Shown here one piece after another: positions 1-7,511 of a stretch of 32,000 bases of DNA. A program made the translations under genes and the position numbers. The first letter of the stretch is position 1, and each line of letters starts with the position of its first letter. Source of the stretch: Okeania sp. (GTDB taxonomy: Bacteria > Cyanobacteriota > Cyanobacteriia > Cyanobacteriales > Microcoleaceae); the NCBI RefSeq assembly GCF_035285525.1, contig NZ_JAYKGW010000179.1, positions 13,426-45,425 on the forward strand, in the 5' to 3' direction. The notes below the pieces were generated by a model, which was not told the origin of the DNA, searched no databases, and saw nothing but the letters and a program-made list of their open reading frames with translations.

Positions 1-187
1 ATGATTGACTAAAATGAAAAATAAAAATTCCCCCTTTATGGGATATTTTGAAACTGAATTATTTAATTATTCATTATTCAGCAAACAGGAAAGAAAAAGA
101 ATATTTAGGATAATAGAAAACAGGACTTATTTTTTTCTATTACAATAGAAATTGTTGATTTTATAAATAGTATTTTTTGTAGAGATT

Positions 188-763
188 ATGGATGGCAAAA
201 TCTTTTATTCTTGGCAATCAGATTTACCAAATAAGACAAATCGTGGATTTATTGGGGATGCTCTTAAGAAAGCTGTCAAGTCTATTATTAATGATAATTC
301 TATTATAGTGGAACCAGTTATAGACCGGGATACTCAAAATGTACCTGGTTCGCCAGATATTGTTCAGACTATTTTTGATAAAATTGACCAGGCTCAGATT
401 TTCGTGTGTGATGTTTCGATTATTAATTCCAATTTATCAAATGCTGGAAACCGTAGATTTATTCAGAAAATACCGGAGAGTTTTCTTGATTTTTTCTATA
501 AAAATGCAAACTCTCGTCCTATTCCAAATCCTAATGTATTAATTGAGCTTGGATATGCAATGAAAACTTTAGGAGAAGAAAAGATTATTATGGTTATGAA
601 TACTGCTTTTGGTAATCCCGAACAATTACCATTTGACCTGCGAATGAGACGAGTTATTTGTTACAATATGCCGGAAGATAATCAAGAACAACCTACAGAA
701 CGCAACAAGTTAACAAAATCTCTTGAAAGAGCTATTATTCCTATTTTGCAAGAATTGGAATAA
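188..763 (+). CDS. TIR-like / nucleoside 2-deoxyribosyltransferase-like fold protein (free-standing 191-aa domain)
   Basis: 191-codon ORF starting at ATG 188. It has an N-terminal KIFYSWQSD strand motif, a central IFVCDVS strand and NPNVLIELGYA with a conserved Glu. These match the pattern I know from bacterial TIR-like/NDT-like domains (COG4271, DUF1863/CAP12-type). Recognised by eye only. Confidence 0.55.
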   Translation: MDGKIFYSWQSDLPNKTNRGFIGDALKKAVKSIINDNSIIVEPVIDRDTQNVPGSPDIVQTIFDKIDQAQIFVCDVSIINSNLSNAGNRRFIQKIPESFLDFFYKNANSRPIPNPNVLIELGYAMKTLGEEKIIMVMNTAFGNPEQLPFDLRMRRVICYNMPEDNQEQPTERNKLTKSLERAIIPILQELE

Positions 764-1669
764 GAAATAATAAAGAAACTTTTGATCAAACAATTAGAAG
801 AAGAAAGAACAAGAAAACTTTGAATTACTGAAAGGGTAATAATAAGTATCAAACAAGGCGATCAGTGGAGTGAATTCCAAGTTGATGAGTTTATGGAATC
901 ATTAGATAATCAAATAAAAAAACTTGCACCTGAATTTTCAAAAAAAGTGTAGAAAACGAAGATTTACTAATAAAAGCAATTGATAAAACAGAAGAGTTAG
1001 TTATACAATTTTCTAGTCTTGCAGAAGCAATAGCGACTACAATAGAATCTATCAATGCAGCTACTAGCTTATACGGATACTTTCAAGTAATGTTCGTTAA
1101 TTATGATCATTTTTATAACTCATTTGGCGACCTTATTGATGACATTGATGATACTGTAATTCAAGTTAAAGATTCTAGTAATTTAGATTTTTATAGGTCA
1201 CGAACTGTTTGTGACATATTTTTCTTTTCTAATTCGAGAAAATCGCTGGAGATTAATCTTAAAAATCCTTGATGAGGATATTTTTGAAGATAATTCAGTT
1301 TTACAGCTTAATCAAGCAATAAAATTGAATGACGTATCTCAGCCTATAGAATTATTTGAAAGTTCCTCAAATAATTGTCATTCAGAGATATTAAATCAGC
1401 GTCATACAAATGGAAAAATCGCAGAAATTGTACCAATGCAGCAATTTATTGAAGCTGATTTTTTCTTATTTATCTTATCTGAAAGTAACACCAAAGATGA
1501 CAGTGATTCATATTGGCATGGTTGGAGTTTATTGTACATGGAACAAATTCCAAAATATTTATTAGAAGCAAGAGAAGTAGATTTTGCCAAACAATTATTG
1601 CCACCTTTAGGTTTAGAAACAATAGCAGAACTTCGCGATTTAATATCTCATGTTAAAACTAGATTATAA
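764..1669 (+). pseudogene. Decayed continuation (or partner gene) of the TIR-like ORF, broken by 2 nonsense codons and 2 frameshifts
   Basis: The phase of 188..763 stays protein-like past TAA 761 and TGA 821 up to TAG 950. A second phase is open 934..1272 (the track shows only 1090..1272). The original phase is open again 1187..1669 (track 1211..1669). The first phase switch overlaps an A7 run at 940..946. Confidence 0.5.
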
Positions 1670-1963
1670 GAAATATGGAACAACTCATCTATACCATATT
1701 CCCATCTACCTTTAAAAAACTTTAACCCAGAATATATTGGTTCTATTTAATTAATTATTTATAACTTTAGTAGTGAATTGACATACCTAAAATGTTAATA
1801 TTAGGGTGAGTTTTAGTTAGGGTTTTCATCCTCAACCTAAAATTTAGATAAACTCGTCCTAATGCACAAAATTAGTTCTGTTAGTCCCCTCAAAATTACT
1901 GATAACTGATCACCAATATCTGTTATAAATAAACTAAAGTTGTCTAGGATATAAAAACAATAT

Positions 1964-3028
1964 ATGGTCTCAGATATTGACAAATCCACAATTGACTTCA
2001 TTGAATCAGAAGTAAGCAAATTACTCAAAAATTTGCCCAACTTAAAACAACAAAAATGGATTGGGCGATCGCTATCCACCATAGTTAATATGGCAGGAGA
2101 AGAACTTGAACGTCTGGACTGGAAAATATTAGCTGCCTCTTTACAAGACATGGAAAAAGGATTTAAAACATTTTATCCCTATCGTCATGTTCGTAAAATT
2201 ACCATATTTGGTTCTGCACGAATATCTCCAGATACCCCAGAATATAAAATGGCAGTAGAATTTGCTCATTACATTACTAAACAAGGTTTTATGGTAATGA
2301 CTGGTGCTGGTCCTGGGATAATGCAAGCTGGCAATGAGGGTGCAGGAAGAAACAAATCTTTCGGTCTCAATGTTCATTTACCTTTTGAACAAAAATCTAA
2401 TCCTTTTATAGAAGGTGACAGTAAATTAATTAATTTTAAATACTTTTTTACTCGCAAATTATTTTTCCTTAAAGAAAGTGATGCTTTAGTTTTATTTCCT
2501 GGTGGTTTTGGTACTTTAGATGAGGCATTTGAAAGTTTAACATTAACCCAAACAGGTAAATATGGTCCTGCTCCTTTGGTTTTAATAGATTATCCAGGAG
2601 GAAATTATTGGCATGATTGGAATGATTTTATTCATCAACAATTATTGCGAAGAGGTTTAATTAATCCAGAAGATTGTAATTTTTACACTATTACTGATAA
2701 TTTAGAATCAGCTTATGAAGCGATCGCCAACTTTTATAAAGTATATCATTCTAGTCGTTATGTAGGAGAGAAGTTTGTCATTCGTCTTAACTCCGAACTT
2801 TCACCAAAAGAAGTTGATTTTTTGAATCAAGAATTTAGGGATATTTTGATTGCAGGAAAGATTGAGAAAAGTAAAATTTTACCAGAAGAATCAGATGATG
2901 AAACTTCTCATTTACCTCGTTTAATTATGCACTTTAATCAAAAGAAAAGTGGTAGATTATTTCAAATGTTAGCTCAGATAAATCAAATGGGAAAAAATAC
3001 AACAAAAACTCATCCAAGGCATAAATAA
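1964..3028 (+). CDS. LOG-family (TIGR00730-type) Rossmann-fold protein, nucleotide 5'-monophosphate nucleosidase-like
   Basis: 354-codon ORF. It carries a GAGPGIMQAGNEGA loop and the PGGFGTLDE signature (PGGxGTxxE) of the LOG/lysine-decarboxylase-like family. N- and C-terminal extensions resemble the long bacterial forms. Contains two HIP1 sites. Confidence 0.85.
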   Translation: MVSDIDKSTIDFIESEVSKLLKNLPNLKQQKWIGRSLSTIVNMAGEELERLDWKILAASLQDMEKGFKTFYPYRHVRKITIFGSARISPDTPEYKMAVEFAHYITKQGFMVMTGAGPGIMQAGNEGAGRNKSFGLNVHLPFEQKSNPFIEGDSKLINFKYFFTRKLFFLKESDALVLFPGGFGTLDEAFESLTLTQTGKYGPAPLVLIDYPGGNYWHDWNDFIHQQLLRRGLINPEDCNFYTITDNLESAYEAIANFYKVYHSSRYVGEKFVIRLNSELSPKEVDFLNQEFRDILIAGKIEKSKILPEESDDETSHLPRLIMHFNQKKSGRLFQMLAQINQMGKNTTKTHPRHK

Positions 3029-3240
3029 TGTAAGCATTCTGCATCGTCAGCTAACAGCTATCAACTTCTGAAAAACATCTATAATTTCCGGCTATAAATT
3101 ATATTGGTTAAAAGCTCAGATATTTAGATATATAGTTGAAAAGTAGAAGTAGAAGTTGAAAAAGCGCTTGACTTACTTCATTGATTAAAAAACTAAGAGC
3201 TGACTGCTGAGGTACTAATAGCTGAATGCTTACTAAATAG

Positions 3241-3278
3241 GGTTGGCTGATTTATCGGGAACCGTAAAAGTCTGCTAG
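3241..3278 (-). repeat. Dispersed repeat module with core ACGGTTCCCGAWAAATC (reverse orientation)
   Basis: ggttggctgatttatcgggaaccgtaaaagtctgctag closely matches 22808..22849 and the reverse complement of 18876..18917. Confidence 0.75.
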
Positions 3279-3569
3279 CGAAGTAAGGGAAAACTTAACT
3301 GTTTGGAGTATCTTCTACGGCAAAATTTTCTGATAATCAGGGTCGAAATTTTACCATTTTGAGACGACAATAGCCAAAAAATAGGTACTTTTTCAACACC
3401 TAAAAAGGCTAAAACCTTTATCTGTGTTTTATATCAAATTCAGTAATATTTGTATAATTCAAGAACGTAGGGGTTTGGTCTCCAAACTCTCTACAAACTA
3501 CAGAAACAAGCCTTAACTAATAACTGAAAAAGCTAATAAATGATAACTGAAAAAGTAGGTACATCCACG

Positions 3570-3695
3570 GGAGCAAGATGCACGGTTCCCGAAAAATCGC
3601 ACTGATAACATTTTTCCTGATTATAAAAAAGCAAAGAAACTGGGTTTATATGAAATTCCGTAATAAAATCTAACTCCCATAAACCCGGTTTCTTG
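3570..3695 (+). repeat. Dispersed repeat module (GATGCACGGTTCCCGAAAAATCG ... AAACCCGGTTTCTTG)
   Basis: Collinear similarity to 18686..18797: the same start block (gatgcacggttccc-aaaaatcg-actga) and the same end block (aaacccggtttcttg). Confidence 0.7.
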
Positions 3696-3767
3696 TAACA
3701 CTACCAAGATGGAGCTGTATTAAAAAACTGAATGCTAAAAGCTAAATTCTAAAAGCTAAATGCTTAC

Positions 3768-5333
3768 CTATTTATTTGTAAATAAATAAACATCATCCTG
3801 TTGATAACTAAGCTGAAATTCAGAATTTAATTTTAATTTATCGACTAATTTTACCGAATATTCCTGACTACTTTTCCAACCAGGATAACGTACATTTACT
3901 AATATATAATCATATTCAGCTAAGATTTCATTTCTGGGAAACTCTTCTTCTTCAACAATTAATTTAATAAACTGACGATGAGTTAAATGAGGACTAATTT
4001 TTGAAGTAGTTAAAACCCCACCTTTTGTCTGAACTAAACTAATAGCATTTCGTGTTGCTTGCCAAGTATCTAAATCATCTAAATAAATAGACCAAAAATA
4101 ACCATATTTAGCTAAAGCCAAAAATCCGATACAAGACCAAATGATTATAAATTTTGGTAAGCAGTTACTAACAATTGTAGATATATTTTTATCCTGATTT
4201 TCTTGAGAGCGACGTAAATTCCAGAGCCAATACCATAAACCACATTTACCATCAGCAATAGTATAAATTACAGCCATTAATAAAAAAGGCAATATTGGCA
4301 AAGAATATTGATGAATTAAATCTCTTTGAGCATCAATATCAGAGAGAATATTCATCGCCAAAACTGGAGAAGCAGCTATTAAAGGAGTTAAATATCTTAG
4401 AGCCAGCCACCAAATTATCGGCATATTTAACAATAATAAATATTCTAAAGTTTTGAGAGAAATTAATCTGCCAAACACTAATTCAGGTCTTAAAAAAAGA
4501 TTCAATAAAATTTCTGGGATAGAGTTACCTAAATATCCATAACGTCCGACTCCTCCTGGTGGTTTACCATCTTTAAAATAAGGTATTAACATTTGAGTAA
4601 CAATAATAAACCAAGCCACACCAGCAAATAAAGCTATTGCACCATAAACCCGCTTTTTTTCAAAGAAATATAACCAAAAACCCATAGCAGCGACAGTTAA
4701 AGATAAAGCATCTTTACAGCCTAAAACCCAGATAATAGCTATACAAAACCAGAGAATTTTATCTAATTTAGCTGCTAAAATTGCTCCTAAAATTGCTGGC
4801 AATGCCATTACCTCTGGATGAAAATCAAATAAGTTTAGATTAAACACCACTGGGTATAATAAATAAACTATTACTATGGCAAAAGCTTGTTGTTTATTTA
4901 AACCTGAATAACGAGCTAAACTCCAAGTAGGTAAAGTTCCTATTGCTAAAGAAATTGCTTGTATTAGTAATAGCCAATAAACTGAAGGATAAATTTTATA
5001 AAGTAATGCTACGGGATACATTGCCCAAGCAGCATGATTTCCCAAATGATGTACTTCTAAAAAGGAAGAAAAGGGAGGTAAACCTTGACTTATTAAATAA
5101 GTAACTTGGTCATAAATTCCCATTTCAAAAGCAGTCGATTGAAATAATAAGTGACGCACACTGCTACAGAGAAATAAAATTATGGCAGCAATGATAGTTA
5201 TTTGAAGTAAAAAATTAGATTTTAATTGTTTGAGAATTATCATTGATACAGGAAGTAGTAGTATTAGAAAATATCTAAAAATATAGACTTGCGCTACGCA
5301 CAAGTCATAACTTAGAAGCAATTTCTGAATCAA
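3768..5333 (-). CDS. DUF2079-family polytopic membrane protein (GT-C-like), paralogue 1
   Basis: 521-codon ORF with many hydrophobic segments. The GIYDQVTYLISQG ... NLFDFHPEVMALPAILG block is typical of DUF2079. By eye it is roughly 60-65% identical over the core to 7512..9032. Alignment with the paralogue suggests the real start is ATG 5243 rather than 5333. Confidence 0.8.
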   Translation of the reverse strand: MIQKLLLSYDLCVAQVYIFRYFLILLLPVSMIILKQLKSNFLLQITIIAAIILFLCSSVRHLLFQSTAFEMGIYDQVTYLISQGLPPFSSFLEVHHLGNHAAWAMYPVALLYKIYPSVYWLLLIQAISLAIGTLPTWSLARYSGLNKQQAFAIVIVYLLYPVVFNLNLFDFHPEVMALPAILGAILAAKLDKILWFCIAIIWVLGCKDALSLTVAAMGFWLYFFEKKRVYGAIALFAGVAWFIIVTQMLIPYFKDGKPPGGVGRYGYLGNSIPEILLNLFLRPELVFGRLISLKTLEYLLLLNMPIIWWLALRYLTPLIAASPVLAMNILSDIDAQRDLIHQYSLPILPFLLMAVIYTIADGKCGLWYWLWNLRRSQENQDKNISTIVSNCLPKFIIIWSCIGFLALAKYGYFWSIYLDDLDTWQATRNAISLVQTKGGVLTTSKISPHLTHRQFIKLIVEEEEFPRNEILAEYDYILVNVRYPGWKSSQEYSVKLVDKLKLNSEFQLSYQQDDVYLFTNK

Positions 5334-5379
5334 ATGTATTGTTTGATGGTTTAAGCGTTTAAACCTTGTATCCTAACTT

Positions 5380-5613
5380 CTACCTTTTCCGTGTTAGTAG
5401 TACAATAACTTGATAAATCAAAAACCAAGTCAGGACCAAAAGCGCTAAAGGTGGCATCAAGAATCCAAGAAATATCATAACACCAAAAAAGATAGGGTAT
5501 CCATCTTTTAGATTTAGATTATTTCCACCTAGAGCATTTAGATCAGAATTTTCTGATTCATTTCTCTTCATTTCCCTTTCCCTATCTGCTCGTTCTGTTT
5601 CATAATATGTCAC
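5380..5613 (-). CDS. Small protein with a Glu/Arg/Lys-rich N-terminus and a C-terminal TM segment, paralogue 1 (probably disrupted; ancestral start at 5702)
   Basis: 77-codon ORF with a GTG start, ending 46 nt upstream of the DUF2079 gene. At 5702 a GGAGG-ctatt-ATG opens a 20-codon ORF (MWSNEDEDRKWEIEREKKNK, stop at 5640..5642) in another phase. That short ORF resembles the N-terminus of paralogue 2, so the gene looks frameshifted. Confidence 0.4.
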   Translation of the reverse strand: MTYYETERADREREMKRNESENSDLNALGGNNLNLKDGYPIFFGVMIFLGFLMPPLALLVLTWFLIYQVIVLLTRKR

Positions 5614-5697
5614 GATTTATTCCTGTTGTTTTTCTCTTTCTATTTGTTCTTCTTTTCCCTTTCTATTTCCCATTTTCTATCTTCATCTTCATTTGAC

Positions 5698-6115
5698 CAC
5701 ATAATAGCCTCCAAATTAAAATAAAAATTGACTTTAAACAATTTTAGTAGGACAAACTTAACCCTAATTTTACGTTATATTCAATCGGCTAAAAAAATGA
5801 TTTTGAAAAACCTAGCCCCAAAAAATTAATAACTCTAAATAATGCTAGCATACATATCAAGTTTGAAGTCAAAACTGATGACTAATCACTGAAAAAGCTG
5901 ATAACTGATAACTGAAATGAACCAACAAAAAATAAGTGATTGAAGAAGCAATTTTAATTCTTAAAAATCATTTATAAACCTTAATTTTTTTTCGCTTGTA
6001 ATTTAAGAGAAGGAGATTATCTTGACTTCATAGATAACTTATTTAAACATGAAATCCATGAAAGTTTTCATCAAAAAAATCTTGAATTTAGAGAACTCAA
6101 ATAAGAGTTAATTAA
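5698..6115. repeat. Segmental repeat copy 1 (leader region of small-protein paralogue 1)
   Basis: Block-wise alignable to 7002..7383. Shared blocks: cataata.cctccaaattaaaata; aaaaaatgattttgaaaaa.ctagccc.aaaaa; aataatg.tagcata; ggagattatcttgacttca.agataa.ttatttaaacatgaaa; caaaaaa.tcttgaatttaga. Confidence 0.75.
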
Positions 6116-6172
6116 ATATTTTCTTTCATAAGAAATATACAGCAATTATAAATTATTTGTGATCAAAAACTT

Positions 6173-6228
6173 TAGGGGTTTGGTTTAAAAACTCAACGGC
6201 ATCAAGTATCTGGAAATCAAACCCCTAC
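6173..6228. repeat. Hairpin repeat TAGGGGTTTGG ... CAAACCCCTAC
   Basis: 10-11 nt inverted arms separated by about 34 nt. A related half-site (gtaggggtttggtctccaaac) lies at about 3467..3487. Confidence 0.6.
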
Positions 6229-6231
6229 AAT

Positions 6232-6487
6232 AAAATTTTACCGAATAATTAATAATTAAATAATTAAATAATTCCCGCCTTGAAGCCTCCCCTTTAAAAG
6301 GGAAAAAGCGGTCATTTTCAGCGCTTGAGCCGACATGAACGCTGCGCGACATGAAAAGCCGAGCTTCCCGTAGGGTGAGATGGATGAGTTCTCTAACCAT
6401 ATCTAATCTCCCCTTGAGAAATAAATTTTTTCCTTTTATTCAATCCTCTCTTTTTTAGAGAAAGGTAATTATCAATTATCCATTATT
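6232..6487 (+). mobile_element. MITE/SDR-like element, long variant carrying a nested ~110-bp module
   Basis: The ends (accgaataattaataattaaataatt ... gtaattatcaattatccattatt) are shared with 21048..21203 and, in reverse, 11846..11968. The internal gcgcttgagccgacatgaacgctgcgcgacatgaaaagc module also occurs inside 13466..13666. Confidence 0.65.
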
Positions 6488-6742
6488 AAAACCTATTTAG
6501 GATTGCTATAGTACAAACAAATCATAAAAAAATTGGCACAAGCAACGAAGAAGTTAGAAAGTAAGTATTCAGTTATTATCTGTCAGCTATCAGCAATATA
6601 AATTTTAACTTTAAGCAAGGAATTTAAACGAATATAGACTTGAAAATTGGTTTTTTTAGTAATATAATATTTCATTCTGAATAGTAAAGCTTTTATCACC
6701 AGCTAAAAGCTATAGCTGATAGTTGACGGCTGAATGCTTACA

Positions 6743-7006
6743 TTAGACAAAGATAAAGAGACAAATAAATAAGAGGATCAAAGCAATAGAAGCAAAAATC
6801 ATACACCCACATCCTGCCTCTGTTGAACCAGAATTTTTGGGTTTATAACTATTTGTTGCTTTTGTTGATGTTTGTCTTGATTTCAATTCTCTTTCTCTTT
6901 TTTTTCTTTCTGCTTGTCGTTTTGCTTCATAAGCCGCAGCTTCTTCTTGCTCTTGTTTTTCTCTATCTATTTCTGATTCTGTATCTCCACCCTCATCTGA
7001 ATACAT
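6743..7006 (-). CDS. Small protein with a Glu/Arg/Lys-rich N-terminus and a C-terminal TM anchor, paralogue 2 (87 aa)
   Basis: ATG at 7006 is preceded by GGAGG at a 5-nt spacing (ggaggttattATG). The track's start at 7045 lacks this. Sequence: MYSDEGGDTESEIDREKQEQEE...KKRERELK followed by GCGCMIFASIALILLFICLFIFV. Confidence 0.55.
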   Translation of the reverse strand: MYSDEGGDTESEIDREKQEQEEAAAYEAKRQAERKKRERELKSRQTSTKATNSYKPKNSGSTEAGCGCMIFASIALILLFICLFIFV

Positions 7007-7383
7007 AATAACCTCCAAATTAAAATAACAACTTACTTCAAACAATCTGAATAGGACAAATTTAAACCTATTTTACATCAGATTTAATGTAAGCTTTTAG
7101 CTATCAGCAATAATACTCTGCTCTTGTAGTAAGATTTGACTTTTGAATGCTTACGATTTAATCTACTAAAAAATGATTTTGAAAAATCTAGCCCTAAAAA
7201 AAGTAATAATTTTAAATAATGTTAGCATATACAAGAAAAAATTACCTAGAAGTCAGAAGTTTTTATGAAGTTTGAAGTTATAACTAAGGAGATTATCTTG
7301 ACTTCAGAGATAAGTTATTTAAACATGAAACCCACCAAAGCTTGTATCAAAAAATTCTTGAATTTAGAAAAGTCAAATAAAGT
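7002..7383. repeat. Segmental repeat copy 2 (leader region of small-protein paralogue 2)
   Basis: See 5698..6115. Same orientation, with indels made of heptamer-type filler. Confidence 0.75.
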
Positions 7384-7511
7384 TTAACCCAAGGAAATGA
7401 TTCAAGTGGGAATAATAAATCAAACTAAAGCATTTTTTTGTCTAAAACGCTCAAATATTTAGGGACTTTGCATACAACTTCCCTACCTTCTTAGTTCTTA
7501 GTTCTTAGTTC

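Noticed and set aside
5874-5920. CTGATGA ... GAAA string resembling a hammerhead ribozyme core
   Set aside because: No stem II or flanking helices can be drawn. The sequence is CTGATAA-type heptamer filler.
6049-6111. 20-codon plus-strand ORF conserved in both leader copies (MKSMKVFIKKILNLENSNKS here; MKPTKACIKKFLNLEKSNKV at 7325-7387), both ending at the equivalent TAA
   Set aside because: Nucleotide differences are spread over all codon positions, with only about 2 of 12 synonymous. The upstream AAGGAG-TTG frame is stopped in copy 1. The conservation is better explained as non-coding sequence on the opposite, gene-bearing strand.
6185-6400. 71-codon minus-strand ORF
   Set aside because: It lies entirely within the GGGGTTTG hairpin and the MITE/SDR-like element 6232-6487. 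Homologous copies elsewhere do not keep the frame.
6823-7008. 61-codon plus-strand ORF (MNQNFWVYNYLLLLL...)
   Set aside because: It is the antisense read-through of the charged/TM small gene 6743-7006. It is an extremely low-complexity Leu/Phe string with no SD, so it is an artefact of the complementary Glu/Lys-rich coding strand.
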